Source: Azolla caroliniana (taxonomy: Eukaryota > Plantae > Polypodiophyta). From it: a stretch of 64,000 bases of DNA. The stretch spans positions 11,718,001-11,782,000 of the forward strand of contig JBHGNT010000012.1 of NCBI GenBank assembly GCA_043228905.1, read 5' to 3'. Position numbers and translations under genes: made by a program. Positions 50,799 to 62,841 of this stretch are shown in pieces. The first letter of the stretch is position 1; each line of letters opens with the position of its first letter. The notes under the pieces are model-generated. The model had not been told where the DNA came from. It did no database searches and worked only from the letters and a program-made list of their open reading frames with translations.

Positions 50799-52750
50799 TG
50801 TCGTGAAGATCCGTCACTACGTGCGAATCGTAAGGCGGAACGGCCGGGGTTCTGGACCGGAAGGACTCGAAGTTTGCACTAGCTTTAGCGAGAAAGGAAT
50901 TAAGATAGATTGAAAGAGAGAGATATTGAGATAAGATAGAACGCTTGACTTTAGATTGAGAGAGATTAAGATTGAACTCTTCACTTTAGATTTGAAGAAC
51001 AAGATTGATACATCAATTGGATAACGAATTTCTTACTTTTAATTTCTTGATTAATACATCACTCCCCCTCGTTTTTCTTCTTCATCCACTCTTTTATAGA
51101 CGCCCCATGCATATGATGCATGTGAGGGTACAAGACATGCATACAATGCATGGAATGCATGTGATGCTTGTTTGCCATTTGGCGCTCATGCATTACATGT
51201 GATGCATGATAACCATGTCACTCAATCAAGCTCTAATATGAGAATTTACATGTAAAAGTATAATGATAGAAAAAACATATTTAAGGAAATTACTAAACCT
51301 AGTGGTAAGTCTATTGTCTCCTATCTTCGAGGTGCAAGGTTCAAGCCTTGCTTGCATCCCTTTTTATACAAACTTTTACTAGTTTTTTTAGTCTAAATAT
51401 TTTGTTAGTTTCACACCGAAATCGTCGTGATCAACCTATTCGATCGATCCGTCTATCCGTTCCGGTTCTGGTTCCATCGCCGTCCGGTACCGATCTGGTT
51501 CCATTGACTATTTTGAATAACTTGGTTGTATCCTTTCATCCAAGTTAGACAACCCAACCCTTTTGTGCTCCTAGCATTTAAATGAAATATAAAGAGATAT
51601 AGCTCTACTTATATACTCTTGCATCATGATGTTGTCCTATCTATGTGGGATATCTCACAAATTTGTTTTTCTCTTCTTTTTCTCAAACTTCACATTCACA
51701 TAACTTGACACTAATTTGTTCATTTCACATGTAGTAAAATGCATTCAAAAGCTCTTGAAGACATCCATCTTTTTGTACCAAGATATAAAATAATATCTTC
51801 ATTATTATTGTTCCATATTGTATGTGAAGAATCACACTCGATTTTGTACATTCCATGCAATTATTTTACACCGTGAGCGAAAATCTTTACAACATCCACC
51901 CCCCACCAAACCGCACGTTCTCCGGTACGTGCCAAGAAGAGAGAGTGTGAGATTTCGGTTACGATGATCAATCAGATTCCTCCACATCCTCGTGTAGATA
52001 ACTTAATTTTGTAGGTTCCATCCCATTATCTTCATCGTCGAGGCAATCGAGGTTGGGATCCTCGTCTTGTCTTTTCTTGAAAATCTTTACTCTTTTTCCC
52101 GCAATGGGTATGGCCAACCTTGATCCATCTAGCTCTGCAAGGTGGTATGTGGCATTGTTGTTGGCACTTATCACTACATACGGTCCGAACCATCTTCTTG
52201 CGAACTTTCTTGTTGTACTGTGTTGATTGTCAAGGCTGTTGTCGTAGACCAATACCCAATCTCCTTCTTTCATCTTCTTGGGACGTAGTCAATGCGTCTT
52301 GTCGAACCGAATTTTGTTCTTCACTCAGGCTGCCTCCATCATCTTTCGCGCTTTTTCTAGATCTTCAGGTCTTCTTTCAAGTTGCCTTATCCGTGCCACT
52401 AATAATTCTTCTCGGCTCATCTCGTTCTCCCATGGTATCGCTACCCATGAGGCGATCATCCTTTCGATAGGCATTACCGGCTATTGTCCATACATAAGGT
52501 CCGTTGGCATATACCCTCTCACTAAACTATGTATAGTTCTGTCGGCCCATAAGGCATAGGCAATAGTCGTGGCCAATTCCCTACTCGACCGTTGCATGCT
52601 CGTACGATGGCTTTGATGATTGGTCCATGCGCTCACTCGATCTTCCCATTCGCTTTTGTATTGTAGGCAATCGTGAGGGAGAGCTTCACGCCTAGTTGAT
52701 TGAAGAGCACTGTCGCTTCGCGTGCATCCAACTCCCCTCGATCAGCCACT
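50799..52750 (-). mobile_element. Gypsy (fungal-like/Phygy-type) 3' end: integrase, PPT, 3' LTR 50799-51894
   Basis: RWFGPYVV..ATYHLAELDG; PPT GGTTTGGTGGGGGGTGGA at 51895-51912; LTR with TG..CA ends. Confidence 0.85.
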
Positions 52751-53455
52751 ACAACTAAAACTCCGGTTACTTCTGAAGAATTATCTTCTAAACCACATGT
52801 ACCAGAAAGAATTCTCGATGTTAAAATGAAAAAATTATGTACTAAAGAAATCCGAGAATTTAAAATAAAATGGATGGATAAATCAATAAAAGATGCCACA
52901 TGGAAATGCGAAAATTCTCTCAAAACTACCTTCCCTAACTTTCGATTGCAAGAGTGCAATGTTTTTAAGAGGGGGAGGAGTATGTTACGTGCATGACCAT
53001 ATAATATCCCGTGGTGAGAATTTACCGTAGTATTCTATACACGTGGATAAGTGTGAGGGATTACTTTTAATCCCTCACACTTAATCCTCGTGTAAAGAAG
53101 GGGAGGATTACTTTTAATCCTCGGGATTGAGACAACCCATTAGGCCAAGTGTAAACTTGCCTAGGGGCCTCGGGTATCGCTATAAATAAGAGGCCTAGCT
53201 ACCCTCATTTCATCATCTTTTGACTACATCAAGACTCTATTCTTGTGGTGGGTCAACTCTTATAGCGAGCGCGCCAACACCAGGTACGACTCGACGCCAT
53301 GACGGTGGTATGGACATCGATCGAGGCTCGAGTCTGTCTCGATCCCTTCGCTTGGGGGTGGTCGGGTGGATCGACACCCTTCTTTCTCTCTCTCCTTTCT
53401 ATCTAGATCTATCGTTTATCCTTATCCTTTGCTTACATAGTACATATCTCTAATA
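52750..53455 (+). mobile_element. Chromovirus 3' fragment (chromodomain, PPT, LTR 52983-53455)
   Basis: [13 protein letters not shown]; LTR homologous to 1652-2106. Confidence 0.9.
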
Positions 53456-54237
53456 GTGGAGGACAGGAAATGAAGGTCGAAGCGGATGCATATGACGGAG
53501 AGTTAGCCGAGAAGGTGGCTATGGGTGAAACGACGGAGGACGGTAATACCGAGGATTTTGACCCACTAATTCTCGAGATTTCGGCAATTGTGTCCGAGAA
53601 CCAACGTGAGACCGGAGAGACGGGAGGTGGCAGCAATGAACATAAAGCAAAAAGTGGGTTTGGACAGAGGATGATCCAGCCAGAATTCCCGCCTAAACGA
53701 AAGCCAAACCAGGCAGAAGTGGATTCGGCTAAAATTGATCGGTCGAACCCGCCCCGGAAGGGAGCTGACTCGATCGAAACCTATTGACCGAGTCTGTTTC
53801 GGCCGAATGCAAATCTGGATGGAAGCCGACTAGCTGAAACTCGATTAGACAAGAGCGATCCAGAAAGAAGTTAATACAACTCAAACAGAGCTCGAAGCAA
53901 TCGAGGTCAGTGAACACGAGGAAGAGGCCAAGTAGGCACACTACCATGGACGATAAAGGACAAGCGGGCCAAGAGGATTTGAAGGGTGTTACGGAGGATG
54001 AAATCTTGACAAAGAAGGAGGGCTCTAACATGAAGATTGTCAACTCTAAACCGAGATTGTATGACGAAGGTGGACGAAATAGGAAGCATGACAACATGCA
54101 CTTGAAGGGTCTCATGGGATATTCAACGTTGTTATTTGGACAAAGATTTGGGTAGGAAGGCACAAACAAGAATAAAGGATGGCTCAAAGTGCCTTGACCA
54201 AGGATACCGGAGGATATGCGGGTTCGGAAGGGGCGAG

Positions 54238-54975
54238 TGTCGTTACAGTGTCTTTGGTACACTACATGAAAAATGTATAAAGTACCCAATTCAATAAATA
54301 TGATGAAATAGAAGAAAATATTAAAATATATATTAAACCATGTACCTCCATGTTAACAAATTCAAGTCTTACAATTATACTAAAACATCATGGGTATTAG
54401 AAAAGTAGATGTCCCACATACAAAGGTTATTTCACTCATATTTTCTAGGAAAATATATTTAGTAAATTAAAAAGCTTTACAGAAAAAGTTATGCATGCAC
54501 ACCTATCATGCATGAACACTATAATTAGAAGAAAAGCATGATAGGAAAAGTGATTCATGCACATGTAATGTGCATGAACACTTTAGAAAAAGCATGATGC
54601 TTTCCATGTGGGAAGCCATACTTAGCCTCTTTTGTCACTATATGAAGGGAAGAGAAAGATGTATGGAGATTATGGATTCTTCGGTTTTTTATTACGATCT
54701 AAATATTGATTAATATAATACTTGTGGGATTCACAAGTTTTGATCTCTTTTCTCAATCTACTCTAATCTATTCTAAACTATTTCAATTTATTACTATGAT
54801 TTTAAATATTAAGTTAAACTAATTCACTATATTTGTGGGATTCATGAGTTTTCTATCTATCTTTCTTACTATCTATTCATAACTAAACTCGTCCCAAAAT
54901 CATTGTCCTCCTAGTCCAAAACCCCAATGGTTCCCAACCGACTCATGCAATGATCTGGCGCCAAAAGGCACGATA
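54238..54975 (+). repeat. LTR related to 56350-58409
   Basis: TGTCGT start, AAAGGCACGATA end; shares CATGCACAT..GTGCATG and GTGGGATTCAC blocks. Confidence 0.75.
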
Positions 54976-55799
54976 ACATAAAGCAGAGTCATAGCTTTAG
55001 TTGGTGGGGTCCTGTCCTGCGTCGGCACCAGAACCTTGCATCAGCCTCGTCGAAAACCGATGTTGTCGTGTTGCTAATTCTGCAAAATATTTGCGGAGCA
55101 CAGCCATGGGCGGCCTAATAGGAGGGGTTACACACAGGGAGCATCAAGGGCCAATACGAAGGATGATATCTACAATGTATGTCCACCTATTACAATTTTT
55201 AGCTTGCGGAGTAGCCCTAGTGGTCGGACGGATCAGGTATCTGCCGTGATTGTCGTCGGTCATCGCCGTCTATCTGGCCGACTCTGTCGGCCGTCAGCTT
55301 GGCCGTTACTATTCGGCGGTTGTTCGAACAGTAGGTTCTTGGTTTGGCCGTGTCTTTTCGGACACCTATCGAACTTCGGCCATCACTTGGTCGTACTCTC
55401 TACCGCGTCTCTCGGCCGTACTCTCAGCCACGCGTCTCGGTCGATGCTTTTCAACTACTTCTGTTCAGCCCATTGTCCCTATCTTTTCGGCCCTCTACGG
55501 GACGCTCACCATCTCTTTGCCGATTCGGTTGTGACTATGCGGCAGCTAGCTAGCTCTATTCGGGGTCGTCTTTCGGATGTGCTCAGAAAGAACTTTTATA
55601 CAAGTCCTTATGGACTGACAGAAGTACTAACACATAATGCTCATAACTGAGCTCCAACACTAATTCCCAAATATATTCCCTTGCAGAATATATGTTCAAT
55701 GGTCTCTCGGTTTCCGCACCGATCCAGCCTCTTGTTGCGCAATAGTTTACACACCGATCCAGCCTAAACAATCGGTCCAAACCAATCCAGTTCTCAACT

Positions 55800-56349
55800 G
55801 TTGCACTCTCGTCCACTTCCAGACTCTTCCGCGGATCCTCCTTCGTCTTCTTCAGCCGACACTAAACCGAATTCGTCATCCGATTTGGTGTCGCGGTCAC
55901 TTCCGCTCCTTTCCGGTTCCTTTCCATGGTCTTGCGTGACCTTTCTCCCCCTCAAGTTCGGCACGTCAAGGTGCCGCAACCCAAGCGCCCCGAGAATTGC
56001 CGCAACTTGTCCAGACCAAGGGGCTTGGTGAAAATGTCGGCGTTCTGCTGATCCTTCGAAACATATAGAACTTCAACTTCACCAGAGAGGACACGCTCGC
56101 GGACAAAGTGGTAGTGCACCTCAATGTGCTTAGTCCGGGCATGGAAGACAGGGTTCTTCGCAAGTTGGATGTTGCTCAGGTTGTCGCAGTAGATCGTCAT
56201 TGGACTGGACACCTCCACCTACAGATCCTTAAGTAGCCACTTCAACCATATGGCTTCGCACGTTGCAACAACCGCTCCTCGATACTCGGCCTTTGTGCTC
56301 GATAGTGCAACTGTCGGCTACTTCTTGCTACTCCACGCGATCACGGCGC
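55800..56349 (-). pseudogene. Copia RNase H and 3' end fragment
   Basis: AWSSKK..ALSST.AEY..IYCDNLS..HARTKHIEVHYHFVRE..ADIFTKPL. Confidence 0.88.
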
Positions 56350-56625
56350 TATCGTAGTGTAATTCACACACTACATGCAATATGTAAAAAATATATCCGA
56401 TTTAAGTACTCATAAATCAAAAAAAGAAAGATATTAAAAATATTGTTACATGCATAGGGCCGGATTTGAAACCTGTACCTCCAAGTAAACAAACCCAAAC
56501 TTTACCATTGTACTAACTTATTATAAGTGATTTAAATATAGATTTAATAGGTATAAGAGTTATATTTACGCCTATTTTTACAAAAAAGAAAAAGAAAAAG
56601 AAAATCATGCACTTTTAGAGTGCGT

Positions 56626-57520
56626 TGTCGGGGTAGTTGTGGTTCGTGCGGCGAAGTCGCAGGGACTAAGGTTAAAGGAAGTTGGTTATATATTTTATAA
56701 GGCTTGTGCGTTGATGTTAGAAAGATTAAGGATAGGAAGACAAAGTAATGTTTGTGAGAGAGACGAATATAGATAAAAGATAGAAGCAAGCGTATATTCA
56801 AGAAGCAAGATAGAGACAAAGTATGATTTAAGAAAAAAAAGTATATGATATGAACATGATGTATATTACGAATACAAGATTTTACCAACTTTACAATGCT
56901 TGATAACAAGATGAACCCTTTCTCTACTGACTCTTGATTGGAACCCTTGACTCCAACTTGGAAACACGATCCTCTTCATCAACAAGCTAACTTGTTTGCT
57001 TCTTTGATTATCTTATTTCTCTGACTTTCTCTTCATTGATTGATTACCCTGTTTTCCCTTTCCCCTCTTTTTATAAGTATTGCCATGCATATGGTAATGT
57101 GTAGGAGCATGGCATGCATGAGTTACATGTGATGCATGATCGCCATTTGGCGCACATGCATTGCATGTGATGCATGATAGCCATCATGCTCATTTGAACT
57201 CCCATGTATGAAAATATATATGGGATAAGTATAATGATGGATATAACCCTAAAACAAATGACCTAGCTTAGTGGTGTATGCTTTGTGCTTGATATACAAG
57301 GTTGAGGGTTCAAGTCCCTCAATTTTACTTAATACAATATTTAAGTTTATTCTTATATAGTGAAGCACATTCTTGATAACATTTCTAAAACCAAATAGCC
57401 TACCCTAGTGGTATATACATTGTGCTTGGTTTATAAGGTTGTGGGTTCCAAGTGTTTGAAATATTATTGAATTCAATATTTAAATTTATTTTTATATCGT
57501 AAAGCAAATCCTTCACGACA
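56626..57520 (-). mobile_element. Solo LTR related to 50799-51894
   Basis: TGTCG..CGACA ends; shares the GCCATTTGGCGC.CATGCATT block; TSD imperfect. Confidence 0.72.
57257..57327 (+). other. tRNA-derived module (A box, anticodon arm, T arm/B box) inside an LTR
   Basis: TAGCTTAGTGG..ATGC, TTGTG-CTTGATA-TACAA, GAGGG-TTCAAGT-CCCTC; no acceptor stem. Confidence 0.65.
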
Positions 57521-57889
57521 TCGTGAAAACTTTATTTGGAAGAAAAATGCAAGCCAATTACTCATGCACATCTAGTGTGCATGAGCATTATATTTAAAAA
57601 ATAAGAAAAGCATGGTTGAAAACGGCAACTCATGCACATCTAGTGTGCATGAACACTTTAGGAAAAAGCATGATGCAATGATTAGTCTCTTCCATAACTA
57701 TAAAAGGAAGAGAGAAAAGATGTATATGGTTGTTGATTTTTTATAACGGTTGATTAATATAAAATATTCGTGGGATTCACGATTTTGCCATCTATTTCTC
57801 TCTTACAATCTAAGTATCAATTAATACACTATACTCATGGGATTCACGATTTTCATATCTTCTTCTTGCAATCTATTCCTAACTAACAT

Positions 57890-58317
57890 TGTTACGGGCA
57901 TGACCATATAATATCCCGTGGTGAGAATTTACCGTAGTATTCTATACATGTAGATAAGTGTGAGGGTTAAACGAGAGTGTAAAGAAGGGGAGGATTACTT
58001 TTAATCCTCGAGATTGAGACAACCCATTAGGCCAAGTGTGAACTTGCTTGGGGCCTCGGGTATCGCTATAAATAAGAGGCCTAACTACCCTCATTTCATC
58101 ATCTTTTGACTATGTCAAGACTCTGTCCTTGTGATGGGTCAACTCTTGTAGCAAGCGCCATGGCGGTGGTATGGGACGCCGATCGAGGCTCGAGTTCGTC
58201 TCAATCCCTCCGCTCGGGGGTGGTCGGGTGGATCGACACCCTTTTTTTCTCTCTCCTCTCTATCTAGATCTATCGTTTATCCTTATTTTATACTTACAGT
58301 AGTTCATGTCTCTAACA
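57890..58317 (+). mobile_element. Solo LTR of the chromovirus family (canonical TG..CA)
   Basis: TSD AACAT at 57885-57889 and 58318-58322. Confidence 0.95.
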
Positions 58318-59291
58318 AACATTATCTCATATTCTTCTTTCTCTTAGTCCACAACCCCAGCGGTTCCCACCTGAATGACGCAAACAATCCGGCACCGAAA
58401 GGCACGACATAAGTGGTGAACCTGACATGAAACCTGGGTGGCAAGGAGATGGAAAATCAACCGGAAACTAACAACATGATGTCAATGTTCGAGCGGATGC
58501 TACAAGAACAACGCACGATATTGGAGATTGCGGGGGCAATAGAGCGGCTTGTGCAACGGAATGGGCAATTCAACAGGAAGGATGTGTCACGATATTTGTG
58601 GGATTACAAGGATTACAAGTGACATCCTTCAATCGGGTGGCTACGAACGGGCTTCAAGGTAGTATCCACGGGATACGCAACAAAATCTGACATGGGAAGC
58701 ATTTGAAGAGGCGCTAAAGACCACGTTCGCTATCGAGAACTCCTCCATGGCAACGAGGAGGGGATTTAAAGAATGGGTGGAAACACTGGATAAGGGGATG
58801 AAGGTCCTCGATGTGTTTTCGTCATTTAAAAGTCGGTTCAGGAGGTTTTCTATGAGAGATCAAGCTATCCTACCACCGAACAAAGTGATCATGTTCTTAC
58901 GAGCCGTGGATGTCTGGGCCCGGAAAGATCTTGGAATCCTTCTAGAGGACACCACTACTGAGAGTGGCCTCACCAATACATGGGAAAATGTGCAGGAGAT
59001 CGTCGCACGATACACAAAGAGGGGGCAATGGCTTGGTAGTGAAGAAAAGAGGGTTTCAAAACCAATTTCGAAACCAAGATCCGGATTGGAAGACCATCAA
59101 CTATGGGCTCGGGAGACTACGATCGAGAAGGGAATCGATGCAACCATGGTGGAGCAGTTGTGGAAAGAGATAGAGAATCTGAAAATCGCAATGGTGAAGA
59201 AGTTGAATGACCATGCCACAAGTTCCAAGTATATGGACCATCGATGCATATGGTGCGATAGCACCGAACATGATTAGAGGGATTGCGACGA

Positions 59292-59836
59292 GCACAAGGA
59301 GGCGCTACGATGGGACCTTATCTACTATGAGGGAAATCAGATTCATTCGATGGAGTCTCGGAAGCCACTCCAACTAAACTTCCGAAAAGGTGGCGTGAAG
59401 GCACAAGGAGGAGCTATGACGGGACCTTATCTACTATGAGGGAAATCAGATTCATTCGATGGAGTCTCGGAAGCCACTCTGACTAAACTTCCGAAAAGGT
59501 GGCGTGAAGGCACAAGGAGGCGCTATGATGGGACCTTATCTACTATGAGGGAAATCGGATTCATTCGATGGAGTCTCGGAAGCCACTCCGACTAAACTTT
59601 CGAAAAGGTGGCGTGAAGGCACAAGGAGGCGCTATGACGGGACCTTATCTACTATGAGGGAAATCGGATTCATTCGATGGAGTCTCGGAAGCCACTCCGA
59701 CTAAACTTCCGAAAAGGTGGCGTGAAGGCACAAGGAGGCGCTATGACGGGACCTTATCTACTATGAGGGAAATCGGATTCATTCGATGGACTCTCGGAAG
59801 CCACTCCGACTAAACTTCCAAAAAGGTGGCGTGAAG
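59292..59836 (+). repeat. 109-bp tandem repeat, 5 copies, in gag
   Basis: Units start at 59292, 59401, 59510, 59619 and 59728. Confidence 0.96.
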
Positions 59837-59904
59837 AAGGTCGTAGAGGAGGAAATAGCGGTGAAAAGAAATTATGTGACAACCGCGGGGAGATGTGTGG
59901 GTGA

Positions 59905-61790
59905 GTCGGATATTGCAAACCATCCGAGTCGGCTTGATTGATGACCCATCCGATTCCGGTTGGATGTGCCGTTACTATGATCGGTCGGTCATAGCTCGAC
60001 TTCTTAAGTGATTCCGCCCTCCGTAGTGTTTTCTTAAGCTTCTTCATGGCTTTGGTATGTTCCAGTCTCCATTCGAACTTCTTACCCTTCCACAACCAAT
60101 GATAGAATGGGTCCGCAATATGTGCATAGTGCAGAATCCATATGTGATAGAATGCACATGCTCCAAGAAACCTTTGGACTTCAGATTGTGACTCGCATAC
60201 TTCTTTCATAGCTTGAATCGCATCGATCTTGGTTGGTGACAGTCTTTGGCTGTAGGGTCCACATAGATGTCCGACTACCAATATCTCTTCTTGCCCAAAT
60301 GTTGATTTCTGCTCGGAAAGTGTTAGGTTCACATCTTCTAACTTTCGAAGCACTTTCTCGCAATCACGAATATGGTTGACTACGACCTTTCAACATCCCT
60401 GATCATCCATAGTTTCATCTTTTTCTTCTATTGTGCATCCTTTCATCGGAATGTCATCTAGGAACGCCATCGTTATCTCCGGAATGCAATCTCGAAGCAC
60501 CTTGTTCATCGTGTTCATCATATGTGCCACCGAGTTTGTCGCGCCTTGTAGTAGTGTGGACATTCGGACTAATTCTATCGGTGTTCGCATGGTAGTGATG
60601 TCTCGGCTCTCCACGGCTAGTTGGAATTGATCATACCCCCCCGAGTATAGGTCTCCAATGGAGTATATCGCACGACCAGTAAATGCTTCTGCAAATTCGT
60701 CCACTATCGGACCGACTCCGGAGTTCCGGATCGTGACCTTGTTCACCGGTTGCAAGTCTTGAATAAACTGGAGTGACTCATTCTTCTTCGGAACCGTAAA
60801 CCCTCGATTTGAGTACGGACTGTTTAATGGCTCTAGAATCCCCATTGCCACCTTCTCCTTGAGCAAGTTGATGACTTTCAGAATATGCACCCGTGGCACC
60901 AGAATCAATTTCAGGTTCCACGACACATGATCAATCGTGAAGATCACCATCGGCTCCACTATCTTCGGATCAACGCACCCTATCTCCTTCGATGTGAATG
61001 CAAATGCTTTTCCATGTTCAAACATCTCAGAAAACCGTTCTTCTTCTTTTTGTAAGAGGAAACCACCTCCATCGATCTAAAGTTTTTCCCGGGTCTCATC
61101 CGTGAAGGCATGTCCAATATCCATGGACTTTCGAAGTGTCAGATCTGCCAAGATTTCTTTCCTCTTTTGTTCGCTATTGGCAGGTAGTAGTCCCGCGACC
61201 AGTTTCACTTTCTTCTCCACGGTCTTGTATTTCGTACTTACCATTGCTTCTTCTTTGCACAGCGCATCCGGCCCCATTTTCGCAATGATCTCTTACATCT
61301 CGACTGATTCAACCGGAACACTTCTTCGAGATGTAAGAGATCTCCCTGGCTATTTTCTTTCGCAAGCTCTTCAAGCCGTTGTAGCGTGCTCCCATATAAC
61401 ACTTCTTCGACTACTGCCACGATTTCTTCGTCTTCATGAAGGCATGTCTGATATTCATAGACTTCCGTAGTGTCGGATCTCCCAACACTTCTTTCATCTT
61501 TTGTTTGCTATCGGTGGGCAATGGTCCCACGGCCTGTTTCACCTTCTTTTCCAGGGTCTTATATTTCGTACATACCATTGCTTCTTCTTTGTTGAGCACA
61601 TCCGGCCCCATTTTCGCAATGATCTCCTACATCTCGATCGATTCCACTGGAACTACCCGGTCTACTTGGCTATTCTCTTCTGCTAGCTCCTGAAGCCGTT
61701 GTAGCATGCTCCCGTAGAACACTTCTTCGACTACTCCCACGATTTATTCGTCTTCTAACACGTTTGCGTTCACAAGTGGAAGGATTGCGC
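59905..61790 (-). pseudogene. Phygy-type gypsy RT/RNase H fragment with a ~334-bp tandem duplication
   Basis: VPKKNESLQFIQDLQPVN..GDLYSG..QGATNS..FLDDI; KYKTVEKKVK block repeated at 61277 and 61611. Confidence 0.85.
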
Positions 61791-62133
61791 ATTCCACTTG
61801 TAGAATCTTCTTGAAACGAAGCAAATACACCCTCTCTACAAAAATTGGATACACTAGTATCACATGTTCCTCAACTTGATGAGAATTTGCAAATATAAAA
61901 ATACATGATAGGTCTACGAGTGGAGATCATTAGAAATCATGCAAGTTTGGACGTGTTGATAAGTTAATGTAGGCATAATAAAGTTCAACAATGGCTCAAT
62001 ATGTCACTATTGTGTGACAAGGGAAACACTAAGTTAAAGACTTATATTAATTAGGTAAGTTTTACAAAAATATGAGGTGTACTTGTATCCATACTAATAA
62101 AATGAGTTATAATTTATACTTTGACCCATATGT

Positions 62134-62412
62134 GCATGTATATAACTGTGGACAATGTAGGATAGTGAACTTTAGGATAATGTGATTGGAATAACTAACT
62201 TATTAAAGTATTCAATACTTGTATTTAAAGTTGATCTAATCTATTCCTCAGTTTGTTCGTATGGGATCAAACCATATGTATATAATTGTGGACAATGTAA
62301 GGCAGTGAACTTTAGGATAATGTCGTGGAAATAACAAACCTATTAAGGCTTTTATACCTATATTTAAAATTGATCTACTCTATTTCTTAGGTGATTCACA
62401 CAGGATCAAACT
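62134..62412. repeat. ~140-bp diverged tandem duplication
   Basis: TGTGGACAATGTA..GTGAACTTTAGGATAATGT..GGATCAAAC occurs twice. Confidence 0.85.
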
Positions 62413-62841
62413 CCGAACGATAACGCAAGTGGAACTACAAGCGTATAAAAACATGCGGATAACGCTAGTGAAAATTATCAACACACTACACAATCTAAGC
62501 AGCAATTGAATAGAAACATAATAGTTTTAACAATAGAAGACAAAGATTCATAATAACAACATGGACAGTCATGGCAACAATTGTAGGGCCATGTTATGTT
62601 AAGGTTAGCTTGGACCAAAATCAGCCTCAATTTAAACTAATTCATGTTTCTCCATAAATTTGGTAGTCAGCTATGCACGCAGTGAAACCAATGTCATAAA
62701 TCTACTAACCAAGTATATAAAAATAAAATTGAAACATATAGAAGATTATAAAGAATAGAATCCACTAGGTAAAACCCAAAATTTGTATTAATAATGTGAA
62801 ATCCAAACAAATCGTCAGTGTCATTTTCTTCATAGAGTCTA

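Larger units (their letters stand above)
56350..59905 (+). mobile_element. Gypsy (Phygy-type) 5' part: LTR 56350-58409 with two nested solo LTRs, tRNA-Trp PBS, degenerate gag
   Basis: LTR ends GGCACGACA; PBS TGGTGAACCTGACATGAA at 58414-58431; gag FNRKDVSRYL..CIWCDSTEHD*RDC. Confidence 0.82.

Noticed and set aside
53456-55800. A defined element around LTR 54238-54975
   Set aside because: No TSD or PBS found and the flanking ORFs lack recognisable domains; left unassigned.
57257-57327. Functional tRNA-Ser(TGA) gene
   Set aside because: No acceptor-stem pairing and a D-stem mismatch; reported only as a tRNA-derived module.
61790-62130. Terminus of a DNA transposon carrying the methyltransferase
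   Set aside because: No TIR partner or TSD is visible within the window.
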